A DNA stretch of 64,000 nucleotides from Haplodiscus bocki (taxonomy: Eukaryota), in the NCBI GenBank assembly GCA_965655095.1, contig OZ296650.1, forward strand, positions 8,060,001 to 8,124,000, given 5' to 3'. The notes beneath the pieces are model-generated. The model saw only the letters and a program-made list of their open reading frames with translations. It ran no database searches and had not been told where the DNA came from. This document shows positions 38,201 through 52,500 of the stretch, piece by piece. A program made the translations under genes and the position numbers. Position 1 is the first letter of the stretch. Each line of letters opens with the position of its first letter.

Positions 38201-40721
38201 ACGTTAAGCATCTTCTTGCACTCAAGAGTTCGTGCTAGACGTCTGAAAAGCATTGAAGATCATGATTACATTGCGAGACGTGTTCAAATACTTCGTTGTA
38301 GTGAGACACTAACTTAGTTTAAGTGTATAAATAAAGACCGAACTATATTGTTCGCAAAAGTTTAGACCACTGCAGCTACGTGCTTCCCAGTTTAACTAAG
38401 ATATAACGGATTGGGTTTTAAGTACAGTTGTCCTATGATACACGTTGTACGGTTTTCTTGACCTGGTTGGCAAGTTGAAGATTTTACTGCTGTCACGAGT
38501 TCGTGTTAGACGTCTGAACAACATTAAAAATCCTGATTACATCATCAAATCTTTTCGAATTTTTCGCTGTAGTGAAACATTAACTTGCTTCAGGTGTATA
38601 AATGAAAAACGAACCATATATTTCGGTATAGGCAAGAGCAACGAAGCATTGGCTTAGTTGAGCTCAGACAACGCGGAGAATTATCCGTATGTAAAAATCT
38701 GATCATGCAAGTTTCACCACATTTCGGACCTGGTCGGGAGAATGTAGAACTCCGACTCTCTGGAGGTAGTGTGAGACGTCTGAACAACATTGGAGATCAT
38801 GATTACATCTCAAAATGTGTTCAAACGCTTCACACTTCGCAGTTTTGAGACACTTACTTAACTTAAGCGTATGATTGAAGACCGGACTATAAAATTCGTT
38901 ATAAGTAAGACCACTGAAGCATTAGGTTTCCCAGGTGAACTCAGACATCACAGATTGAGATCTAAGTGGAGTAGTCTTACCATGCAAGTTGTACAGTTTT
39001 CTTGACCTGGTCGATAATTTGAGGAAGGATCTTCCTGTTCTCATGAAATCGTGCGAGACTTCTGAACAACATTGAAGATACTGACTACATCATCAGATTT
39101 TTTCAAATACTTCGCTGCAGTGAGACACTACTTTAGCTTAATCGTGTGATCGAAGAACGAACAACGAACTTTAAAATTCGTTTTAATCAAGACCACAGAA
39201 GCAATGGCTTAGTTGATCTCAGACAAAACTGATTGAGGGTTTGTATGTAAAACTGTGATCTTGCGAGTTTCTCCAATTTCCTGATTTGGTTAGAAGATTG
39301 TAGAAATCTTGACTCTGTAGGGATTGCGTCAGACGTCTGAACAACTTTCAAGGTCATGATTACATGATAAGATGTGTTCAAGCACAACGGTGCGGTCAAA
39401 CACCAACTTATCCTGAGCGTACGTTGAAAGAACGAAAAATACTGTTCGATTCAGGACATACCGAAGAAACCCTGGCATTGTTGAACTCCAGCTACACCTA
39501 TTGAGCTTTATTTGTAGTATTCTGGTCATTCATGGTTTTTAACTTTACTCACCTGGTTGAGTGAATATAGATTTTTTTGCTCTCAGAGTCCCGTTAGACA
39601 TCTGAACAACATTGAAAGTCATGATTACATCATAGGATAATTTCCAGCACATCGCAGCAGTCAATCATTCAAAAACCTAACCTGAACGTATGAAGAAAGA
39701 ACGACCTTTACTGTTCGTTGCAGGAGAGACCAAAAAATCACTGGCTTAGTTGAACTCAGGCTACTTCTATCGAGTTTTTTTCTGAAGTAATCTGATCACG
39801 TAGGTCTCAGAACTTTGTTGAACTGGTCGGAGGATTATATTTCCTCTTGCGCTCAAGGTTTGGTGTTAGAAGTCTGAAAAACTTTGAATATCAGGATTAC
39901 ACCATAAGTTGCAATCAAACACCTCACAGTTGTCAGACACTATCTTAGCCTGATCGTTTGACTAAAGAACCAGTTGAAAAACTCGTAAAACGCAAGACCA
40001 CTGAAGCACTGTTTTTTTTGAACCCAGACAATACCTAGACAAATTTGTCTGAAGTAATCCGGTCATTAAAGTTGCAGAAATTTCTTGATCCAATCGGGAA
40101 ATAAAGATCTTCCTGATCTCAAGCGTTTGTGTTAGAGTTCTGAACAACATTGAAGATTCTGTACATCATAAGACGTAATGAAAACTTTCGCCATAGTCAG
40201 ACACCATTTTTCTTCGGTCGTTTTAGTGAAGAACAACCTGAAGTCTTCGTAATGAACAAAACCACTGAAGCAGTGTCGGAGGTGAATTCAGGCTTCATAG
40301 ATCGAGTTTTGTATGCAATCGCCCTATGATGCAGGTTTTTCGACTGTCTTGATCTGCTCAGGAAGTTGAAGATCTTCCTGCTCTCATAAATTCTTGTTGG
40401 ACGTCTGAAGAACATTGAAGATACTGATTACATCATCAGATGTGTTGAAATACTTCGCTGTTGTGAGACACTAACATAGTTTAAGCGTATGATTGAAGAA
40501 CGAACTATAAAATTCGTTAGAAGCCGGACCGCGGAACCACTCACTCCGTTGACCTCATTTAGCACGGGTCGTTTTTTGTAGTAATATGATCATGCTAGTT
40601 TCACGACTTTTATGTTAGTTTCACGATTCTCTAGAGCTGATTTCAGACGTCTGAACGACATTGAAGACCTAGTTTCAATACTAAAATGTTTCCCAGCACA
40701 TGACTGTAGACATACTAGCTC
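35213..40721. repeat. Near-perfect tandem duplication, period 2671 bp
   Basis: ORF pairs 35919/38590, 36658/39329, 37291/39962 and 37526/40197 are identical; 35774/38445 and 36516/39187 differ at 1-2 residues. About five substitutions seen by eye. Confidence 0.93.
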
Positions 40722-43700
40722 ACTCTGAGCGTACGAAGAAAGAATGAACTTTTTTGTTCGTTTCAGGAGAGACCAAAGAAACACTGGTTTAGTTGAACTC
40801 AGTCAGCAGAATTCGAGTTTTAAGTGTAGTAGACCAATCATGCAAGTTGTTCTATTTTTTTTACCTGATGGTGAGGTTAAGCATCTTCTTGCACTCAAGA
40901 GTTCGTGCTAGACGTCTGAAAAGCATTGAAGATCATGATTACCTTGCAAGACGTGTTCAAATACTTTGTTGTACTGGGACACTAACTTAGCTTAGCGTAT
41001 GAATAAGGACCGAACTATAATGTTAGTTAAGGGTCAGACCACTGCAGCTACGTGCTTCCCAGTTTAACTAAGATATAACGGATTGAGGTTTAAGTGCAGT
41101 TGTCCTATCATACAAGTTGTACGGTTTTCTTGACCTGGTCGGTAAATTAAAGATCTTACTGCTGTCATGAGTTCGTGTTAGACGTCTGAACAACATTAAA
41201 GATCCTGATTACATCATCAGAGGTTTTCGAATTTTTCGCTGTAGTGAGACATTAACTTGTTTCAAGTGTATAATTGAAAAACGAACTATAAGTTTCCGGA
41301 TAGGCAACAGCAACGGAGCATTGGGTTAGTTGAGCTCAGACAACGCGGAGAATTTTTCGTATGTAAAAATATGATCATGCAAGTTTCACCACATTCTGGA
41401 CCTGGTCGGGAGAATGTAGAACTTCTGACTCTCCGGAGGTTGTGTGAGACGTCTGAACAACATTGAAGATCATGATTATATCTCAAAATGTGTTCAAACA
41501 CTTCACACTTCGCTGTTTTGAGACACTAACTAAACTTAAGCGTATGATTGAAGACCGAACTATAAAATTCGTTGTAAGTAAGACCTTTGAGTCATTAGGT
41601 TTCTCAGGTGAACTCAGACATCACAGATTGAGATCTAAGTGGAGTAGTCTTACCATGCAAGTTGTACGGTTTTCTTGACCTGGTCGATAATTTGAGGAAG
41701 GATCTTCCTGCTCTCATGAAATCGTGCGAGATTTCTGAACAACATTGAAGATACTGACTACATCATCAGATTTTTTCAAATACTTCGCTGCAGTGAGACA
41801 CTACTTTGGCTTAAGCGTGTGATCGAAGAACGAACAACGAACTTTAAAAATGGTTTTAAGCGAGACCACAGAAGCAATGGCTTAGTTGATCTAGGACAAC
41901 ACTGATTGAGGTTTTGTATGTAAAACTGTGATCTTGCGAGTTTCTTCAATTTCCTGATTTGGGTAGAAGATTGTAGAAATCTTGACTCTGTAGGGATTGC
42001 GTCAGACGTCTGAACAACTTTCAAGGTCATGATTACATGATAAGATGTGTTCAAGCACAACGGTGCGGTCAGACACCAACTTATCCTCAGCGTAGGTTGA
42101 AAGAACGAAATGTACTGTTCTATTCAGGACATACCGAAGAAACCCTGGCATTGTTGAACTCCAGCTACACCTATTGAGCTTTATTTGTAGTATTCTGGTC
42201 ATTCATGGTTTTTAACTTTACTCACCTGGCTGAGTGAATATAGATTTTTTTGCTCTCAGTGTCCCGTTAAACATCTGAACAACATTGAAGGTCATGATTA
42301 CATCATAGGATAACTTCCAGCACATCGCAGCAGTCATTCATTCAAAAACCTAACCCGAGCCTCTGAAGAATGAACGACCTTCACTGTTCGTTGCAGGAGA
42401 GACCAAAAAATCACTGGCTTAGTTGAACTCAGGCTACTTCTATCGACTTTTTTTCTGTAGTAATGTGATCACGTGGGTTTCAGGACTTTGTTGAACTGGT
42501 CGGAGGAATATACTTCCTCTTGCGCTCAAGGTTTGGTGTTAGAAGTCTGAAAAACATTGAATATCAGGATTACATCATAAGTTGCAATCAAACACCTCAC
42601 AGTTGTCAGACACTATCTTAGCCTGGTCGTTTGACTAAAGAACGAGTTGAAAAATTCGTAAAACGCAAGACCACTGAAGCAATGTTTTATTTGGACCCAG
42701 ACAATACCTAGACAAATTTGTCTGAAGTAATCCGGTCATTCAAGTTTCAGAAATTTCTTGATCTAGTTGAGAAAATATAGATCTTCCTGCTCTCAATTGT
42801 TCGTGTTAGAGGTCTGAACAACATTGAAGATTCTGTTTACATCATAAGATGTAACGAAAACTTTCGCCATAGTCAGACACCATTTTTGTTCGGTCGCTTT
42901 AGTGAAGAACAACCTGAAGTCTTCGTAATAAACAAAACCACTGAAGCAGTGTTTTGGGTGAATTCAGACTTCATAGATCGAATTTTGGATGCAATCGCCC
43001 TATGATGCAAGTTTTTTGACTGTCTTGATCTGCTCGGGAAATTGAAGATCTTCGTGCTCTCAAAAAAACTTTTTGGACGTCTGAAGAACATGGAAGATAC
43101 TGATTACTTTATCAGATGTGCTCAAATACTTCGCTGTCGTGAGACACTAACATAGTTTAAGCGTAAGAATAAAGAACGAACTATAATGTTAGTTAAAGGT
43201 CAGACCACTGCAGCTACGTGCTTCCCAGTTTAACTAAGATATAACGGATTGAGGTTTAAGTGCAGTTGTCCTATCATACAATTTGTACGGTTTTCTTGAC
43301 CTGGTCGGTAATTTAAAGATCTTACTGCTGTCATGAGTTCGTGTTAGACGTCTGAACAACATTAAAGATCCTGATTACATCATCAAGTGTTTTCGAAGTT
43401 TTCGCTGTAGTGAGACATTAACTTGTTTCAAGTGTATAATTGAAAAACGAATCATATATTTCGGCATAGGCAAAAGCAACGAAGCATTGGCTTAGTTGAG
43501 CTCAGACAACGCGGAGAATTATTCGTATGTAAAAATCTGATCATGCAAGTTTCACCACATTCTGGACCTGGTCGGGAGAATGTAGAACTTCTGACTCTCC
43601 GGAGGTTGTGTCAGACGTCTGAACAACATTGAAGATCATGATTACATCTCAAAATGTGTTCAAACACTTCACACTTCGCTCTTTTGAGACCCTAACTAAA

Positions 43701-46579
43701 CTTAAGCGTATGATTGAAGACCGAACTATAAAATTCGTTGTAAGTAAGACCACTGAGGCATTAGGTTTGTCATGTGAACTCAGACATCACAGATTGAGAT
43801 CTAAGTGGAGTAGTCTTACCATGCAAGTTGTACGGTTTTCTTGACCTGGTCGAGAATTTGAGGATCTTCCTGCTCTCATGAAATCGTGCGAGACTTCTGA
43901 ACAACATTGAAGATACTGACTACATCATCAGATTTTTTCAAATACTTCTCTGCAGTGAGACACTACTTTAGCCTAAGCGTGTGATCGAAGAACGAACAAC
44001 GAACTTTAAAATTCGTTTTAAGCGAGACCACAGAAGCAATGGCTTAGTTGATATCAGACAACACTGATTGAGGTTTTGTATGTAAAACTGTGATCTTGCG
44101 AGTTTCTTCAATTTCCTGATTTGGTTAGAAGATTGTAGACATCTTGACTCTGTAGGGATTGTGTCAGACGTCTGAACAACATTCAAGGTCATGATTACAT
44201 GATAAGATGTGTTCAAGCACAACGGTGTGGTCAGACACCAACTTTTCCTGAGCGTAGGTTGAAAGAACAAAATTTAGGAGAGACCGAAGACGCCCTGGCT
44301 TTGTTGAACTCCAGCTACACCTATTGAGCTTTTTTTGTAGTAATCTGATCATGCAAGGTTTTCAATTTTACTAACCTGGTTGAGTGAATTTAGATTTTCT
44401 TGCTCTCAGTGTCCCGTTAGATATCTGAACAACATTGAAGGTCATGATTACATCATAAGATAACTTCCAGCACATCGCATCAGTCATTCATTCACAAACC
44501 TAACCTGAGCGTATGAAGAATGAACGACCTTTACTGTTCGTTGCAAGAGAGACCAAAAAATCACTGGCTTAGTTGAACTCAGGCAACTTCTATCGACTTT
44601 TTTTCTGTTGTAAAGTGATCACGTGTGTTTCAGGACTTTGTTGAACTGGTCGGAAGAATATATTTCCTCTTGCGCTCAAGGTTTGGTGTTAGAAGTCTGA
44701 AAAACATTGAATATCAGGGTTACACCATAAGTTGCAATCAAACACTTCACAGTTGTCAGACACTATCTTAGCTTGGTCGTTTTACTAAAGAACCAGTTGA
44801 AAAATTCGTAAAACGAGAGACCAATGAAGGAAAGTTTTATTTGGACCCAGACAATACCTAGACAAATTTGTCTGAAGTAATCCGGTCATTCAAGTTTCAG
44901 AAATTTATTGATCTAGTCGGGAAAATAAAAATCTTCTTAATCTCCAGCGTTTGTGAACTCATTTAGCACGGGTCGTTTTTTGTAGTAATATGATCTTGCT
45001 AGTTTCACGACTTTTATGTTAGTTTCACGATTCTCTAGAGCTGATTTCAGACGTCTGAACGACATTGAAGACCTAATTTCCGTACTAAAACGTTTCCCAG
45101 CACATGGCTGTAGACATGCTAGCTCAAACTGAACATACGAAGAAAGAATGAACTTTTTGTTCGTTTCAGGAGAGACTAAAGAAGCACTGGTTTAGTTGAA
45201 CTAAGGCAGCAGAGTTCAAGTTTTAAGTGTAGTAGAACAACCATGCAAGTTGTACTGTTTTTATTACCGGATGGTGAGGTTAAGCATCTTCTTGCACACA
45301 AGAGTTCGTGCTAGACGTCTGAAAAACATCGAAGATCATGATTACTTTGCAAGACGTGTTCAAATACTTCGTTGTAGTGAGACACTAACTTAGTTTAAGT
45401 GTATAAATAAAGACCGAACTATATTGTTCGCTAAAGTTTAGACCACTGCAGCTACGTGCTTCCCAGTTTAACTAAGATATAACGGATTGGGTTTTAAGTG
45501 CAGTTGTCCTATGATACACGTTGTACGGTTTTCTTGACCTGGTTGGCAAGTTAGAGATATTACTGCTGTCACGAGTTCGTGTTAGACGTCTGAACAACAT
45601 TAAAGATCCTAATTACAACATCAAATGTTTTCGAATTTTTCGCTGTAGTGAGACATTAACTTGCTTCAGGTGTATAAATGAAAAACGAACCATATATTTC
45701 GGTATAGGCAAGAGCAACGAAGCATTGGCTTAGTTGAGCTCAGACAACGCGGATAATTATTCGTATGTAAAAATCTGATCATGCAGGTTTCACCACATTC
45801 TGGACCTGGTCGAGAGAATGTAGAACTTCTGACTCTCCGGAGGTTGTGTGAGACGTCTGAACAACATTGAAGATCATGATTATATCTCAAAATGTGTTCA
45901 AACACTTCACACTTAGCTGTTTTGAGACACTAACTAAACTTAAGCGTATGATTGAAGACCGAACTATAAAATTCGTTGTAAGTAAGACCTTTGAGGCATT
46001 AGGTTTCTCAGGTGAACTCAGACATCACAGATTGAGATCTAAGTGGAGTAATCTTACCATGCAAGTTGTACGGTTTTCTTGACCTGGTCGATAATTTGAG
46101 GAAGGATCTTCCTGCTCTCATGAAATCGTGCGAGACTTCTGAACAACATTGAAGATACCGATTACATCATTAAATTTTTTCAAATAATTCGCTGCGGTGA
46201 GACACTACTTTAGCTTAATCGTGTGATCGAAGAACGAACAATGAACTTTAAAATTCGTTTTAATCAAGACCACAGAAGCAATGGCTTAGTTGATCTCAGA
46301 CAACACTGATTGACGGTTTGTATGTAAAACTGTGATCTTTCGAGTTTCTTCAATTTCCTGATTTGGTTAGAAGATTGTAGAAATCTTGACTCTCTAGGGA
46401 TTGCGTCAGACGTCTGAACAACATTCAAGGTCATGATTACATGATAAGATGTGTTCAAGCACAACGGTGCGGTCAGACACCAACTTATCCTGAGCGTAGG
46501 TTGAAAGAACGAAAACTACTGTTCGATTCAGGACATACCGAAGAAACCCTGGCATTGTTGAACTCCAGCTAAACCTATT

Positions 46580-49500
46580 GAGCTTTATTTGTAGTATTCT
46601 GGTCATTCATGGTTTTTAACTTTACTCACCTGGTTGAGTGAATATAGATTTTCTTGCTCTCAGAGTACCGTTAGACATCTGAACAACATTGAAAATCATA
46701 ATTACATCATAGGATAATTTCCAGCACATCGCAGCAGTCAATCATTCAAAAAGCTAACATGAGCGTATGAAAAAAGAACGACCTTTACTGTTCGTTCCAA
46801 GAGAGTTCAAAAAATCACTGGCTTAGTTGAACTCAGGCAACTTCTATCGAGTTTTTTTCTGAAGTAATCTGATCACTTAGGTTTCAGGACTTTGTTGAAC
46901 TGGTCGGAGGATTATATTTCCCCTTGCGCTCAAGGTTTGGTGTTAGAAGTCTGAAAAACGTTGAATATCAGGATTACATCATTTCTTGCAATCAAACACC
47001 TCGCAGTTGTCAGACACTATCTTAGCCTGGTCGTTTTACTAAGGAACCAGTTGCAAAACTCGTAAAACGCAAGACCACTGAATCACTGTTTTTTTTTGAA
47101 TCCAGACAATACCTAGACAAATTTGTCTGAAGTAGTCCGGTCATTAAAGTTTCAGAAATTTCTTGATCTAATCGGGAAATAAAGATCTTCCTGCTCTCAA
47201 GCGTTTGTGTTAGAGGTCTGAACAACATTGAAGATTCTGTACATCATAAGACGTAATGAAAACTTTCGCCATAGTCAGACACCATTTTTGTTGGGTCGTT
47301 TTAGTGAAGAACAACCTGAAGTCTTCGTAATGAACAAAACCACTGAAGCAGTGTCGTAGGTGTATTCAGACTTCATAGATCAAATTTTGTATGCAATCGC
47401 CCTATGATGCAGGTTTTTCGACTGTCTTGATCTGCTCGGGAAATTGAAGATCTTCCTGCTCTCAAAAAATCTTGTTGGACAACTGAAGAACATTGAAGAT
47501 ACTGAGAACATCATCAGATGTGTTGAAATACTTCGCTGTCTTGAGACACTAACATAGTTTAAGCGTATGATTGAAGAACGAAATATAAAGTTCGTTAGAA
47601 GCCGGACCGCGGAACCACTCACTCCGTTGACCTCAGTTAGCACGGGTCTTTTTTTGTAGTAATAAAATCATGCTAGTTTCACGACTTTTATGTTAGTTTC
47701 ACGATTCTCTAGAGCTGATTTCAGACGTCTGAACGACATTGAAGACCTTGATTACATACTAAAATGTTTCCCAGCACATGGCTGTAGACATACTAGCTCA
47801 CTCTGAGCGTACGAAGAAAGAATGAACTTTTTTGTTCGTTTCAGGAGAGACCAAAGAAACACTGGTTTAGTTGAACTCAGTCAGCAGAATTCGAGTTTTA
47901 AGTGTAGTAGACCAATCATGCAAGTTGTTCTATTTTTTTTACCTGATGGTGAGGTTAAGCATCTTCTTGCACTCAAGAGTTCGTGCTAGACGTCTGAAAA
48001 GCATTGAAGATCATGATTACCTTGCAAGACGTGTTCAAATACTTTGTTGTACTGGGACACTAACTTAGCTTAGCGTATGAATAAGGACCGAACTATAATG
48101 TTAGTAAAGGGTCAGACCACTGCAGCTACGTGCTTCCCAGTTTAACTAAGATATAACGGATTGAGGTTTAAGTGCAGCTGTCCTATGATACACGTTGTAC
48201 GGTTTTCTTGACCTGGTTGGCAAGTTAAAGATATTACTGCTGTCACGAGTTCGTGTTAGACGTCTGAACAACATTAAAGATCCTGACTACATCATCAGAT
48301 GTTTTCGAACTTTTCGCTGTAGTGAGACATTAACTTGTTTCAAGTGTATAATTGAAAAACGAACTATAAATTTCGGGATAGGCAAGAGCAACGAAGCATT
48401 AGGTTAGTTGAGCTCAGACAACGCGGAGAATTATTCGTATGTAAAAATCTGATCATGCAAGTTTCACCACATTCTGGACCTGGTCGGGAGAATGTAGAAC
48501 TTCTGACTCTCCGGAGGTTGTGTGAGACGTCTGAACAACATTGAAGATCATGATTATATCTCAAAATGTGTTCAAACACTTCACACTTCGCTGTTTTGAG
48601 ACACTAACTAAACTTAAGCGTATGATTGAAGACCGAACTATAAAATTCGTTGTAAGTAAGACCTTTGAGGCATTAGGTTTCTCAGGTGAACTCAGACATC
48701 ACAGATTGAGCTCTAAGTGGAGTAGTCTTACCATGCAAGTTGTACGGTTTTCTTGACCTGGTCGATAATTTGAGGGAGGATCTTCCTGCTCTCATGAAAT
48801 CGTGCGAGATTTCTGAACAACATTGAAGATACTGACTACATCATCAGATTTTTTCAAATACTTCGCTGCAGTGAGACACTACTTTAGCTTAAGCGTGTGA
48901 TCGAAGAACGAACAACGAACTTTAAAGTTCGTTTTAATCAAGACCACAGAAGCAATGGCTTAGTTGATCTCAGACAACACTGATTGAGGGTTTGTATGTA
49001 AAACAGTGATCTTGCGAGTTTCTCCAATTTCCTGATTTGGTTAGAAGATTGTAGAAATCTTGACTCTGTAGGGATTGCGTCAGACGTCTGAACAACACTG
49101 AAGATCATGATTACATCTCAAAATGTGTTCAAACACTTCACACTTCGCTGTTTTGAGACCCTAACTAAACTTAAGCGTATGATTGAAGACCGAACTATAA
49201 AATTCGTTGTAAGTAAGACCACTGAGGCATTAGGTTTCTCAGGTGAACTCAGACATCACAGATTGAGATGTAAGTGGAGTTGTCTTACCATGCAAGTTGT
49301 ACGGTTTTCTTGACCTGGTCGATAATTTGAGGAAGGATCTTCCTGTTCTCATGAAATCGTGCGAGACTTCTGAACAACATTGAAGATACTGACTACATCA
49401 TCAGACTTTTTCAAATAATTCGCTGCAGTGAGACACTACTTTAGTTTAAGCGTGTGATCGAAGAACGAACAACGAACTTTAAAATTCGTTTTAATCAAGA

Positions 49501-52500
49501 CCACAGCAGCAATGGCTTAGTTGATCTCAGACAACACTGATTGAGGGGTTGTATGTAAAACTGTGATCTTGCGAGTTTCTCCAATTTCCTGATTTGGTTA
49601 GAAGATTGTAGAAATCTTGACTCTGTAGGGATTGCGTCAGACGTCTGAACAACATTGAAGATCATGATTACATCTCAAAATGTGTTCAAACACTTCACAC
49701 TTCGCTCTTTTGAGACCCTAACTAAACTTAAGCGTATGATTGAAGACCGAACTATAAAATTCGTTGTAAGTAAGACCACTGAGGCATTAGGTTTCTCAGG
49801 TGAACTCAGACATCACAGATTGAGATCTAAGTGGAGTAGGCTTACCATGCAAGTTGTACGGTTTTCTTGACCTGGTCGAGAATTTGAGGAAGGATCTTCC
49901 TGCTCTCATGAAATCGTGCGAGACTTCTGAACAACATTGAAGATACTGACTACATCATCAGATTTTTTCAAATACTTCGCTGCAGTGAGACACTACTTTA
50001 GCTTATGCGTGTGATCGAAGAACGAACAACGAACTTTAAAATTCGTTTTAATCAAGACCACAGAAGCAATGGCTTAGTTGATCTCAGACAACACTGATTG
50101 AGGGTTTGTATGTAAAACTGTGATCTTGCGAGTTTCTCCAAGTTCCTGATTTGGTTAGAAGATTGTAGAAATCTTGACTCTGTAGGGATTGCGTCAGACG
50201 TCTGAACAACTTTCAAGGTCATGATTACATGATAAGATGTGTTCAAGCACAACGGTGCGGTCAAACACCAACTTATCCTGAGCGTAGGTTGAAAGAACGA
50301 AAAATACTGTTCGATTCAGGACATACCGAAGAAACCCTGGCATTGTTGAACTCCAGCTACACCTATTGAGCTTTATTTGTAGTATTCTGGTCATTCATGG
50401 TTTTTAACTTTACTCACCTGGTTGAGTGAATATAGATTTTCTTGCTCTCAGAGTACCGTTAGACATCTGAACAACATTGAAAATCATAATTACATCATAG
50501 GATAATTTCCAGCACATCGCAGCAGTCAATCATTCAAAAAGCTAACATGAGCGTAAGAAAAAAGAACGACCTTTACTGTTCGTTCCAAGAGAGTTCAAAA
50601 AATCACTGGCTTAGTTGAACTCAGGCAACTTCTATCGAGTTTTTTTCTGAAGTAATCTGATCACTTAGGTTTCAGGACTTTGTTGAACTGGTCGGAGGAT
50701 TATATTTCCCCTTGCGCTCAAGGTTTGGTGTTAGAAGTCTGAAAAACGTTGAATATCAGGATTACATCATTTCTTGCAATCAAACACCTCACAGTTGTCA
50801 GACACTATCTTAGCCTGGTCGTTTTACTAAAGAACCAGTTGAAAAACTCGTAAAACGCAAGACCACTGAATCACTGTTTTTTTTGAATCCAGACAATACC
50901 TAGACAAATTTGTCTGAAGTAGTCCGGTCATTAAAGTTTCAGAAATTTCTTGATCTAATCGGGAAATAAAGATCTTCCTGCTCTCAAGCGTTTGTGTTAG
51001 AGGTCTGAACAACATTGAAGATTCTGTACATCATAAGACGTAATGAAAACTTTCGCCATAGTCAGACACCATTTTTCTTCGGTCGTTTTAGTGAAGAACA
51101 ACCTGAAGTCTTCGTAATGAAAAAAACCACTGAAGCAGTGTCGTAGGTGTATTCAGACTTCATAGATCAAATTTTGTATGCAATCGCCCTATGATGCAGG
51201 TTTTTCGACTGTCTTGATCTGCTCGGGAAATTGAAGACCTTCCTGCTCTCAAAAAATCTTGTTGGACGTCTGAAGAACATTGAAGATACTGATTACATCA
51301 TCAGATGTGTTGAAATACTTCGCTGTCTTGAGACACTAACATAGTTTAAGCGTATGATTGAAGAACGAACTATAAAATTCGTTAGAAACCGGACCGCGGA
51401 ACCACTCGCTCCGTTGACCTCAGTTAGCACGGGTCTTTTTTTGTAGTAATAAAATCATGCTAGTTTCACGACTTTTATGTTAGTTTCACGATTCTCTAGA
51501 GCTGATTTCAGACGTCTGAACGACATTGAAGACCTTGATTACATACTAAAATGTTTCCCAGCACATGGCTGTAGACATACTAGCTCACTCTGAGCGTACG
51601 AAGAAAGAATGAACTTTTTTGTTCGTTTCAGGAGAGACCAAAGAAACACTGGTTTAGTTGAACTCAGTCAGCAGAATTCGAGTTTTAAGTGTAGTAGACC
51701 AATCATGCAAGTTGTTCTATTTTTTTTACCTGATGGTGAGGTTAAGCATCTTCTTGCACTCAAGAGTTCGTGCTAGACGTCTGAAAAGCATTGAAGATCA
51801 TGATTACCTTGCAAGACGTGTTCAAATACTTTGTTGTACTGGGACACTAACTTAGCTTAGTGTATGAATAAGGACCGAACTATAATGTTAGTTAAGGGTC
51901 AGACCACTGCAGCTTCGTGCTTCCCAGTTTAACTAAGATATAACGGATTGAGGTTTAAGTGCAGTTGTCCTATGATACACGTTGTACGGTTTTCTTGACC
52001 TGGTTGGCAAGTTAAAGATATTACTGCTGTCACGAGTTCGTGTTAGACGTCTGAACAACATTAAAGATCCTGACTACATCATCAGATGTATTCGAACTTT
52101 TCGCTGTAGTGAGACATTAACTTGTTTCAAGTGTATAATTGAAAAACGAACTATAAATTTCGGGATAGGCAAGAGCAACGAAGCATTAGGTTAGTTGAGC
52201 TCAGACAACGCGGAGAATTATTCGTATGTAAAAATCTGATCATGCAAGTTTCACCACATTCTGGACCTGGTCGGGAGAATGTAGAACTTCTGACTCTCCG
52301 GAGGTTGTGTGAGACGTCTGAACAACATTGAAGATCATGATTATATCTCAAAATGTGTTCAAACACTTCACACTTCGCTGTTTTGAGACACTAAATAAAC
52401 TTAAGCGTATGATTGAAGACCGAACTATAAAATTCGTTGTAAGTAAGACCTTTGAGGCATTAGGTTTCTCAGGTGAACTCAGACATCACAGATTGAGATC

